Positions 56,346 through 64,000 of a stretch of DNA of 64,000 bases are shown one piece after another; within the stretch, counting starts at the first letter, position 1; each line of letters starts with the position of its first letter. This DNA is from Candidatus Latescibacterota bacterium (lineage in GTDB: Bacteria; Latescibacterota; UBA2968; UBA8231). The position numbers were made by a program, and so were the translations under genes. The stretch is from the NCBI GenBank assembly GCA_965217585.1, contig OZ244561.1:576001-640000 (forward strand). The letters run 5' to 3'. The notes under the pieces were generated by a model, which saw only the letters and a list, made by a program, of their open reading frames with translations, did not search any database and had not been told where the DNA came from.

Positions 56346-57143
56346 TCAAAACGCCACGAACCCCCCGCACACGGGAATGCACTGCCCGGTGACGTAATCC
56401 GAAAGGTCGGACGCCAAAAACTCCACCACCCGAGCGCAGTCCTCGGGCGTGCCCAAGCGGCGGAGGGGAATCTGCGGCTCTAGGTGCCGGCGCGATTCCT
56501 CGCTGTTGCGGCCTTGGGCCACGGCGCGGGACGACAAAATTAGGCCTGGGGCGATGCAGTTGACGTGGATGCCATAAGGGCCTAGCTCGGCGGCGAGCAC
56601 CCGCGTGTAGTGGACGATGCCGGCCTTGGCCACCTTGTAGGGCATACCGCCGCCATCGCGCCCGCTCCACAAGCCCGCTTGCGAGGCCACGTTGATGATC
56701 TTGCCGGACTGGGCCTCCTTCATCGCCGCGCTGACCGCTTGGCAACAGTGGATGGTGGCGGTGAGGTTGATGTCCATTATGTAGCGGTAGTGGGCCTCCT
56801 CAGCTAAGGACGCGGCTTGTTCCTCGTGCGAGCGCAAGTTGCCGCCGGCGTTGTTGACGAGTACGTCGATGCGGCCAAAGGCGTCGAGAGCCTCGGCGAC
56901 CAAGGCGTCCACAGCTTGGCGGTCGGTGACATCTACGGCAATGCCCACGGCGCGGCGGCCTAGATTGACGACTTCGGCTTCTACGGTCTCGGCCGTGAGT
57001 TCTTCGCCATATTCGCGGGCGGCCTGCAGGTCTATGTCGGCGATGACAATGTCCGCGCCCAAGCGGGCGAGATGGAGGACGTAGGCGCGGCCCAAGCCAC
57101 GCGCGCCACCTGTGATGAGAGCTACTTTGCCTTCGAGCGACAT
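56346..57143 (-). CDS. SDR family oxidoreductase
   Basis: TGGARGLG, NNAG, YKVAK, VNCIAPG; GGAG RBS before ATG 57143. Confidence 0.9.
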   Translation of the reverse strand: MSLEGKVALITGGARGLGRAYVLHLARLGADIVIADIDLQAAREYGEELTAETVEAEVVNLGRRAVGIAVDVTDRQAVDALVAEALDAFGRIDVLVNNAGGNLRSHEEQAASLAEEAHYRYIMDINLTATIHCCQAVSAAMKEAQSGKIINVASQAGLWSGRDGGGMPYKVAKAGIVHYTRVLAAELGPYGIHVNCIAPGLILSSRAVAQGRNSEESRRHLEPQIPLRRLGTPEDCARVVEFLASDLSDYVTGQCIPVCGGFVAF

Positions 57144-57298
57144 CGAAAATCTCCTTTTAGACCAAATAATTAGGACATGGCGTCGGTCGTCGGCAACCAA
57201 CAAGGGGCCAGAGGAATTGAGGAAAACTTGCATGGGAAGGGGAGCGTTTGGCAGATTAGGTGCTGACCAGTAAACGCTATTCATCAGAAAGAGATCCA

Positions 57299-58681
57299 AT
57301 GGAAGAGCAAATCGGGGCAATTATTGAACAGGGGCCAGAGGACTGGCAGATCGTGCAGCAGGACGAGCGTAGAGAGGGAAGCATTAAGTTGGGAGGGAAG
57401 TGGAAATTCGAGACCCCCGGACAAGTGGAGGTGCGCTTGGTGTGGGAGGATACGGGGGTGGCTGTTGCGGCCGGTTTGGACTGGCAGGCGGCGCAGACAG
57501 CGGAGGATGGTGCTTGGAAAGCTGTGTTGGAACACATCCCTGCGGGAGGGCTTTACCGGCTGGAGACGCGATTGCGGACGGCGGAGAATCCGGCCGGGGA
57601 GTGGTCGCCGCGAGGGGATATGCGGCACTTTTTGGGGGTAGGCGATTTGTGGGTGATCGCCGGACAGAGCAATTCGGCGGGCTACGGGCGCGGGCCTTAC
57701 GAGGATCCAGCGGAATTGGGAGTGCATCTGTTCAAAAATAGCGAGCGCTGGGCACTGGCGACGCATCCAATGAACGAATCGACGGATACCCAACACGCGG
57801 TGAACCGAGAGGCCGCCAATCCAGGGCACTCGCCCTATCTGCAATTTGGCCGCACGCTCAAAAGGACGCTCTCGCACCCGGTGGGTTTGGTGCAGACGGC
57901 GTTGGGAGGCTCCCCGCTCACTCGGTGGAATCCCGGCGAGCCTAGAGCGGCGGACCTGTTTGACAATATGGTGCAGTGCGTGGAAAAGGTTGGAGGAAAG
58001 GTCCGGGGGATTGTGTGGTACCAAGGAGAAAGCGATACGGGGACGGACGCGGACGCGACCAGTTACGCGCAGCGGTTCCAGCAAGCGGTCGCCGCCTGGC
58101 GGGAGGCCCTTGCAGACGCGGAGTTGCCGGTGCTCACCGTGCAGCTAAACCGCGTGTACCAACCCGCCGACCCGGATGCCGACCGGCGCTGGAGCCAAGT
58201 GCGCGAGGCGCAGCGGCAGGTGGCGCGGCAGACGCCGGGGATAGGCGTGGTGCCGGCGCTCGACTTGCCGCTTGCGGATCTGATCCACACCAGTCCCGCC
58301 GGCAACATGCTCTTGGGCGAGCGGTTGGCGCAGGCGGCTTTAGGGCTAGTCTATGGCCAAGCGGTAGCTTGGCAGGCACCGGATTTGGCCGCGGCCCGGC
58401 GGCACCAAGACCGCGTCGAACTGAAGTTTACTGCCGTCGAGAGCCGGATGGACACCATCGACTTAGAGGCCAACAGCTTCCGAGTTGAGGATGCGGCCGG
58501 CGAGGTGCCGGTTGCGGAGGTGGTCTATCCCCAGGACCACAGCGTCGAGCTGGTCTTGGAGCGGCCCTTGCAAGGGTCGGCTAGGGTCCACGGCGGCTAC
58601 GGCAAGGCCCCGGCGACCGTGCCAGCGGATATGGAGCGATTCTTGCCCATGTTGGGCTTTTGGGGCATGGAGATCGTCTGA
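57299..58681 (+). CDS. Sialate O-acetylesterase (SASA/CE6-like SGNH hydrolase)
   Basis: VGDLWVIAGQSN, WYQGESD, VREAQ, DLIH. Confidence 0.85.
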   Translation: MEEQIGAIIEQGPEDWQIVQQDERREGSIKLGGKWKFETPGQVEVRLVWEDTGVAVAAGLDWQAAQTAEDGAWKAVLEHIPAGGLYRLETRLRTAENPAGEWSPRGDMRHFLGVGDLWVIAGQSNSAGYGRGPYEDPAELGVHLFKNSERWALATHPMNESTDTQHAVNREAANPGHSPYLQFGRTLKRTLSHPVGLVQTALGGSPLTRWNPGEPRAADLFDNMVQCVEKVGGKVRGIVWYQGESDTGTDADATSYAQRFQQAVAAWREALADAELPVLTVQLNRVYQPADPDADRRWSQVREAQRQVARQTPGIGVVPALDLPLADLIHTSPAGNMLLGERLAQAALGLVYGQAVAWQAPDLAAARRHQDRVELKFTAVESRMDTIDLEANSFRVEDAAGEVPVAEVVYPQDHSVELVLERPLQGSARVHGGYGKAPATVPADMERFLPMLGFWGMEIV

Positions 58682-59397
58682 TGATTACGGTACGCGCAAG
58701 CATCTTTTCGGTTGCCCTGCTGTTCGGCAGCGCTGAGGCGCAGGCGAATATAGTAGGTGCCTGGGAGGGCTGCCGGAGCGAGTTCGGCACCTTCGTAGAG
58801 CATTTCTATATAGAGTTCAATAGCGCTGGGCGCTTCCGCCGCGTCGCACTCCGGGACGACCCCGAGCAGCCGATGGCGGAAAACCAAGGCCAGTACGAGG
58901 CCACTGACGGCGTTGTGACCCTGCGCTACACCGCGGCCGTCGGCGGGGTGCTAACCGAGCAAAGCGAAACCGTGCCCTTCCAGCTAGAGGACGACATTCT
59001 GTATTGGGGGGTTGAACCCGCAATCGCCTTGGCGCGAGCGCAAGACTTAGGCGACGAGCTGTTGGGTCGGTGGGGCATCGTCAATTTTGCCGATGGGACG
59101 CTGGTCGGGCACGTGGTCTTCCGGGCGGATGGAACCTACGAGCTAGAATTGGGCGGCGTCGGGCACAGCGGGGTTTGGGCACAGGCGGGATCGGGCGTGG
59201 TCCACTGGCCGACCGCGGCCGACGACGCCGGGATCGTCGGGTTGCCAGCCGTGTGGACCAATGTCCGCGTCGAGGGCGACCAACTCTTCTACGATATCGC
59301 CTGTAGCTTCACCATCGAGGCCGTGCGGTTGGCCACAGCCGTGGCAGAGGTGTCTTGGGGGGCGATCAAGCGCCGTCTCGCAGACCCGCCAAAATAG
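58681..59397 (+). CDS. Secreted hypothetical protein with C-terminal TAV..SWGAIK motif
   Basis: Signal peptide; two similar G.W..F..G.F/Y beta-type domains; ends TAVAEVSWGAIKRR. Confidence 0.7.
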   Translation: MITVRASIFSVALLFGSAEAQANIVGAWEGCRSEFGTFVEHFYIEFNSAGRFRRVALRDDPEQPMAENQGQYEATDGVVTLRYTAAVGGVLTEQSETVPFQLEDDILYWGVEPAIALARAQDLGDELLGRWGIVNFADGTLVGHVVFRADGTYELELGGVGHSGVWAQAGSGVVHWPTAADDAGIVGLPAVWTNVRVEGDQLFYDIACSFTIEAVRLATAVAEVSWGAIKRRLADPPK

Positions 59398-60319
59398 CCG
59401 TCGCAAGCTCCATAGTAGCGATAGCCTCGTCCAAGTCCGCAGCCGGTGGGCCGATGGGACGACCGGCCTTGATGCAGTCAAAGAAGTGGGCGGCTTGGGC
59501 TAGGGTGCTGTCCGTACCCTCCTTTTGCAAGTGCTTGCGCTCCCCGTCGCACACCAACTCGCAGGTGGAAATCCCCTCTAAATAGGCCGAAATGTCGCGG
59601 CCGTGGATTTCGTAGCGCTCTAGGCGGGCGTCGGTGGTATAGTTCGCGCAGATCTGGGCGACGCAACCATTCTCAAAGACGACCAAAGCGGCGTGGACAT
59701 CCTTGTAGGCGGATGCGCGCCGGACGAAGCTGTGGACTTCGGCAACCGGCGCACCACCCAAGTGGCGCACCAAATCAATCGCGTGGATCGGGCTTTCGAG
59801 CAGCATGTTGTCCATGACGATCTCGGGAAAGCGGCCAGCGGCGACAAAACGGCTCATGCTCTTGTGGAACTCGCCGACTAGCTGGTAGATCGGACCGCGG
59901 GCGGCGATCTCCTTGTGCACTTGCCGCACCAGCGGATCAAAGCGGCGATTCCAGCCGACCATGCCACGGGCACCGCTGGCCCCAGCAGCCGCTTTGAGCG
60001 CGCGAGTCTGGTCCAAGCTCATACCCGGAGGCTTTTCCAACAGGGTATCGATGCCTCGCTCCAAGCACGGCAGGGCCGCCTCGGCGTTGAGATGGGCCGG
60101 AGTAGCGACGATCGCCGCGGCCAATTGCTCGGCGTCGAGCATGGCCTCTATGGTTGTGTAGCGGCGCTCAATGCCCCACTCGTCGCCCACCTGTTCGCGG
60201 TTTGCCGCAACGGGGTCACAGATGGCGACCAACTCGACGTCCTCTAGCGATTGCAGGGCGCGTACGTGACCCCGACCGCGGCCACCGCAGCCAATTAATC
60301 CGACAGGTATATTCGCCAT
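59366..60319 (-). CDS. Gfo/Idh/MocA family oxidoreductase
   Basis: GLIGCGG, LEKPPG, GWNRRF, IHAID. Confidence 0.85.
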   Translation of the reverse strand: MANIPVGLIGCGGRGRGHVRALQSLEDVELVAICDPVAANREQVGDEWGIERRYTTIEAMLDAEQLAAAIVATPAHLNAEAALPCLERGIDTLLEKPPGMSLDQTRALKAAAGASGARGMVGWNRRFDPLVRQVHKEIAARGPIYQLVGEFHKSMSRFVAAGRFPEIVMDNMLLESPIHAIDLVRHLGGAPVAEVHSFVRRASAYKDVHAALVVFENGCVAQICANYTTDARLERYEIHGRDISAYLEGISTCELVCDGERKHLQKEGTDSTLAQAAHFFDCIKAGRPIGPPAADLDEAIATMELATAILAGLRDGA

Positions 60320-60385
60320 GACTAGTTCCCCTTTCTCGCCAAAGCAAAACGGGCTACGCCTTTTGACGTAACCCATTGTTTTTAA

Positions 60386-60462
60386 TGGCGCGCCCATAGG
60401 GATTCGAACCCCAAACCTCCTGATCCGTAGTCAGGTGCTCTATCCAATTGAGCTATGGGCGC
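60386..60462 (-). tRNA. tRNA-Arg(ACG)
   Basis: Minus strand GCGCCCATAGCTCAATTGGATAGAGCACCTGACT-ACG-GATCAGGAGGTTTGGGGTTCGAATCCCTATGGGCGCGCCA forms a cloverleaf with encoded CCA. Confidence 0.97.
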
Positions 60463-60482
60463 ATAGCAAAATGTGGTGCTAT

Positions 60483-60511
60483 AAAATAGACGCAACCCCC
60501 CCTCTCGTCAA
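60483..60511 (-). promoter_or_regulatory. Sigma70-like promoter of the tRNA
   Basis: Minus strand TTGACG-17 nt-TATTTT, 20 nt upstream of the tRNA. Confidence 0.6.
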
Positions 60512-61677
60512 GGCACAAGCCCCTCGGATAAAGCCTCCAAGTACTTGTAGCCCGACCCCGTATTGAAGAGCACCACGCGCTCGTCCGGGGCCACTAGTCC
60601 CTGCTCCTTGAGCTTGATTAGGGCTGCCAGCGTTGCCCCGCCTTCGGGCGCGGGGAAAATGCCCGCGTGCGCCGCCATGCTGTGCGAATACGCGAGCAGT
60701 TCTTCGTCGCTGACGGCAATGGCTGTGCCGCCGCTCTCCCGCAACACCTGCAACATCAGAAAGTCACCGACCGCGCTGGGGACGCGCAGGCCCGAGGCCA
60801 CCGTATGGGCGTCTTCCCACATCTGGGCAGATTCATCACCGCGAGCAAAAGCCCGGACAATCGGCGCACAGCCCTCGGCCTGCACCGAGATCATCCGCGG
60901 CCTGTGCCGGCCAATCCAGCCGAGTTCCTCCAGCTCGGCGAATGCCTTCCACATCCCGATCAGCCCCGTGCCCCCGCCGGTCGGATAGATCACCACGTCG
61001 GGCAGGGACCAATCCATCTGCTCGGCCAGCTCGTAGCCCAAGGTCTTCTTGCCCTCGATGCGGTACGGCTCCTTCAGGGTCGATACCTCGAACCACCCCT
61101 CGGCTTCCTTGCGCTCGCCGACGATGCGGCCGCAATCGCTGATTAGCCCGTCAACCAGCTCGACCTCGGCACCGCAGGACTGGCACTCGGCGACAAAGGC
61201 CACCGGCGTATCGCGGGGCATAAAGACAATCGCCGGCAGGCCACAGGCGGCCGCGTAAGCCGCCAGCGCACCACCGGCGTTGCCCGCCGTGGGAATAGCT
61301 AACTTTTTCGCGCCCCGAGCGCGGGCGCAAGTGACGGCAGCCGAGAGGCCGCGGGCCTTAAAGGAGCCGGTGGGATTGGGCGATTCGTCCTTAATATAGA
61401 GCTGGGAAAAGCCCGTCCAGCGACCCAAGCGCTCCGGGCGGTGCAGCGGGGTCCAGCCCTCGCCGAGGGAGACGATTTCCGCAGGCGAGCGGACGGGCAT
61501 GACTTCCCGGTAGCGCCACATCGTCGGCGGGCGGGTGCCGAGCGCGGCGCGGTCCAGCGCGTGGCCAGCCCGGTCAAGATCGTAGCGGGCGAGGAGAGGC
61601 GCACCAACCTCCGAGAGGTTGTGCAGCGCGTCGGCGTTGTAGCGCGCGCCCGTGCGGGCGCACTCTAAATGCGTCAT
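60508..61677 (-). CDS. thrC: Threonine synthase
   Basis: SLGEGWTPL, NPTGSFKARG, PTAGNAG, EGKKT, PTGGG; ATGA overlap with nadD. Confidence 0.9.
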   Translation of the reverse strand: MTHLECARTGARYNADALHNLSEVGAPLLARYDLDRAGHALDRAALGTRPPTMWRYREVMPVRSPAEIVSLGEGWTPLHRPERLGRWTGFSQLYIKDESPNPTGSFKARGLSAAVTCARARGAKKLAIPTAGNAGGALAAYAAACGLPAIVFMPRDTPVAFVAECQSCGAEVELVDGLISDCGRIVGERKEAEGWFEVSTLKEPYRIEGKKTLGYELAEQMDWSLPDVVIYPTGGGTGLIGMWKAFAELEELGWIGRHRPRMISVQAEGCAPIVRAFARGDESAQMWEDAHTVASGLRVPSAVGDFLMLQVLRESGGTAIAVSDEELLAYSHSMAAHAGIFPAPEGGATLAALIKLKEQGLVAPDERVVLFNTGSGYKYLEALSEGLVP

Positions 61678-62261
61678 AAACACGGGGCGGCGTACAATCC
61701 TTTCGCAAGTATGTGGGCCTCGACCGCTTCGGGCACCATGTAGCGGATGGGCAGGCCAGCGGCCCGGCGCGTCCTAATCTCGGTCGAGGATAGCTCAATG
61801 AGCGGGGTATCTATGAAGCGTAGGCGAGCCAGTAGCTTGGGGTCGCCACCCGTCACCTCGCCCGGACGCGCGCCCGCCACCACCGTACACTGGGCAAAAA
61901 CGCCCTCGAGGTCGTGCCAAGCGTCGAGCTGGGCGGTGTTGTCCGCGCCGATGATGAAGAACAGCGCGGCATGGGGATGAAGCTGGTGCAGCAGGCGTAG
62001 GGTTTCGACGGTATAGGACTTGCCCGGGCGGTCTAGCTCCAAGCGCGAGGCCGCAAAGTCAACGCAGCCAGCCACGGCCAACTCGACCATGGCCCAACGC
62101 TCCTCGGCCGGCGCGCACGCGCCCTGCTTGAGCGGCGGATCGGCCGCCGGAATGAAGAGCACTTCGTCGAGGGGAATTTTCTCTACGGCGAAGCGGGCCA
62201 AGAGCAGGTGGCCGTGGTGGATGGGGTCAAAGGTGCCGCCGATGACGCCGATGCGCCGCAT
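61674..62261 (-). CDS. nadD: Nicotinate-nucleotide adenylyltransferase
   Basis: GGTFDPIHHGH, SYTVETL, IIGAD, LSSTEIR. Confidence 0.95.
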   Translation of the reverse strand: MRRIGVIGGTFDPIHHGHLLLARFAVEKIPLDEVLFIPAADPPLKQGACAPAEERWAMVELAVAGCVDFAASRLELDRPGKSYTVETLRLLHQLHPHAALFFIIGADNTAQLDAWHDLEGVFAQCTVVAGARPGEVTGGDPKLLARLRFIDTPLIELSSTEIRTRRAAGLPIRYMVPEAVEAHILAKGLYAAPCL

Positions 62262-62263
62262 CT

Positions 62264-63010
62264 TCAGCCCGGCGATTGGCTCAGCCCAGACAGGTGCTTT
62301 TGCACATCCTCGACCAACTCCGGGTCGCCGCTGTCTTGTAGTACTTCCTTCCAGTAGCGCACCGCTAGATCCACATCGCCTTGGGCGCGGGCGATTTCGC
62401 CCATGCGGAAGAGAGTAGTGTAATACCACTCGTTAACATCCGGGTACTCGCGCAGGACTTCCTCGTAGATCATTTTGGCCGCGTCGAGATGTCCCTGTTT
62501 GTGGTACAGGCGGCCGCTCAGGTACTGCTTCTTGGCCAAGCGGCTCCGGCAATCGACGATGCGCTGGCGAGCCTGTTCAGCCAAGGGCGAGTCGGAATGG
62601 TCCTCGATGAAATTGCGGAAGGCCGTCAGGGCCTCAAAGGTCTCCTTCTGATCGAGCTCCGGGCGGCGCAATTGCTTGAAGTACGACTCGCCGATCTTGA
62701 ACTGCGCCTCGACTGCCCACTCGCTAGACGGGTAAATATCGACGATGCGCTGATACTCAAAGGCTGCGTTGACCCAATCGCGATTGCAAAAGTACGCTTC
62801 GGCGAGGAGGAATTGCGCCTCGGCAACCCGGCGCGAGCCAGGAAAGTTGCTGACTAAGCGCTTGAAGTGCTCGGATGCCTCGAGGCAGCGGTTCTTCTCC
62901 ATGGCCTTTTGGCCTTCTTCAAAGTAGTAATCCGCGCCTTGGAGTTTCTCGGGCGGCGTGCTGGCGCAGGCGGCGACGCACAGGGCGAGCAGAAAAGCGA
63001 GGTATTTCAT
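62264..63010 (-). CDS. bamD: Outer membrane protein assembly factor BamD (TPR lipoprotein)
   Basis: Lipobox VAAC, TPR repeats, LDQKET.EA, RLAKK. Confidence 0.85.
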   Translation of the reverse strand: MKYLAFLLALCVAACASTPPEKLQGADYYFEEGQKAMEKNRCLEASEHFKRLVSNFPGSRRVAEAQFLLAEAYFCNRDWVNAAFEYQRIVDIYPSSEWAVEAQFKIGESYFKQLRRPELDQKETFEALTAFRNFIEDHSDSPLAEQARQRIVDCRSRLAKKQYLSGRLYHKQGHLDAAKMIYEEVLREYPDVNEWYYTTLFRMGEIARAQGDVDLAVRYWKEVLQDSGDPELVEDVQKHLSGLSQSPG

Positions 63011-63012
63011 GG

Positions 63013-63639
63013 CTAGCGATTAGAAAAGAATAAATAGATAAGCCCACCGAGCACGGTGGATACGATCACAGGTTCGACAAATTTGCTCCACGTTTGTTCC
63101 TCTAACTCGGTCTTGGCGAATTTGAATTGGTCGTGCTGAAGCATTTCTAACTGCTTCTTGGGGATCCGATCGCGCTGCGTGCGGGTGATTTCGTCCTGCC
63201 AGTGCACCACGTCGTCGCGCTCGTCGCTCAAGCGCAGGGCGAGCGTTACCCGGCCCTGGCGGCTGACCTCGCTACCGCGCAATCCCGAATGCGCGGAGAC
63301 GCCGAGGTCAAGCACCCGGTAGGACAGGCGCATACTCGTCGGTTGGGCCGCAGTCGAATCCAAGGTCACGCTAAAGCCGCGCGTCAGCAGCCGGTTGGCC
63401 AGCAGGTGCTCGACCATCCAATTGGCGTCGTGCTTGCTCTGCGCCACGACCAACAAGGGGGCCATCGCGGCGTCGGCCGGCATCTCAATGCGCGCCAAAC
63501 TCTCATCGACCGCACTCGCCACGGTCTCGACCAACAAGTCCATATTGGTGGGAAAAGGAACGGCGACCGACGCGGTGGCACAGACCATCAGCGCGGCCAA
63601 AAGGCGATAACAGAATCGGAGCAAGATCGTTCGCATCAA
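63013..63639 (-). CDS. Hypothetical exported/membrane protein
   Basis: Signal-like N-terminus; C-terminal EPVIVSTVLGGLIYLFFSNR helix; operonic spacing. Confidence 0.7.
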   Translation of the reverse strand: MMRTILLRFCYRLLAALMVCATASVAVPFPTNMDLLVETVASAVDESLARIEMPADAAMAPLLVVAQSKHDANWMVEHLLANRLLTRGFSVTLDSTAAQPTSMRLSYRVLDLGVSAHSGLRGSEVSRQGRVTLALRLSDERDDVVHWQDEITRTQRDRIPKKQLEMLQHDQFKFAKTELEEQTWSKFVEPVIVSTVLGGLIYLFFSNR

Positions 63640-64000
63640 CCGCCGAGTTGCTTTATTTGTTCGCGGGCAGCGGGCGCGTATTCGCTGTCTGGATATTCGT
63701 TGAGCAGCTTGCGCAAGGCCGCAAGCGCTCGGTCGCGCTCGTCCAAGGCGAGGTGGCAGCGGGCGATTTTTAGCTGGGCGTCGTCGGCCTTACCCGTGTT
63801 GCTGAAGGCAAACACCTTGGTGAATTCGATGAGCGATTGCTGGTATTTGCGCAGCCCGTAATAGCACTCGCCCTTCCAGTACTGGGCGTTATCGGACCAT
63901 TCGCTCATGGGTGCTTCCTGCAGCAAGCGGTCAAACTCGGCCAAGGCACGGTCGTATTGTTCGTGGCGATAGTAGTAGAGCGCACCTTGGTACATGTTGA
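63636..64000 (-). CDS. cpoB: Tol-Pal associated TPR protein CpoB/YbgF (5' truncated)
   Basis: DNAQYWKGECYY, KADDAQLK, YPDS. Confidence 0.8.
   Translation of the reverse strand, partial: NMYQGALYYYRHEQYDRALAEFDRLLQEAPMSEWSDNAQYWKGECYYGLRKYQQSLIEFTKVFAFSNTGKADDAQLKIARCHLALDERDRALAALRKLLNEYPDSEYAPAAREQIKQLGG

Noticed and set aside
60386-60462. tRNA-Arg as an island integration site
   Set aside because: No duplicated tRNA 3' end and no foreign-looking DNA next to it.
212-63861. Numerous long overlapping or antisense ORFs in the track (e.g. 318-1115, 8754-9680, 14431-15339, 51855-52574)
   Set aside because: Shadow frames of GC-rich genes with no recognisable motifs.

Overview
GC-rich bacterial chromosome segment, probably from an FCB-group lineage such as Latescibacterota or a Gemmatimonadota relative. 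This is inferred from PorU/PorV, a C-terminal SWGxIK motif and many PhyH and Gfo/Idh/MocA genes. Most of the window is housekeeping: porV-porU, rpmB, secDF, yggS-yggT-ileS-dksA-lspA-rluD, ddl, htpG, proA, tRNA-Arg, thrC, nadD, bamD, cpoB. There are two accessory regions. (1) 24.6-28.4 kb holds a tandem-repeat coiled-coil gene, a KAP NTPase and a VapBC-type toxin-antitoxin pair. (2) 34.4-44.35 kb is a lower-GC, integrase-less, integron-like gene-cassette array. All its cassette genes lie on the minus strand, separated by branched attC-like sites, and the cassette ends are mutually complementary. It carries two copies of a ~110-bp promoter/entry module and is interleaved with repeated copies of the 3' ends of the two flanking host genes. 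Separately, both protease-family genes of the T9SS-like operon have altered catalytic motifs: PorU Cys->Ser, and M6 HExxH->KFFGH. All calls are made by eye from the sequence; no database searches were run.
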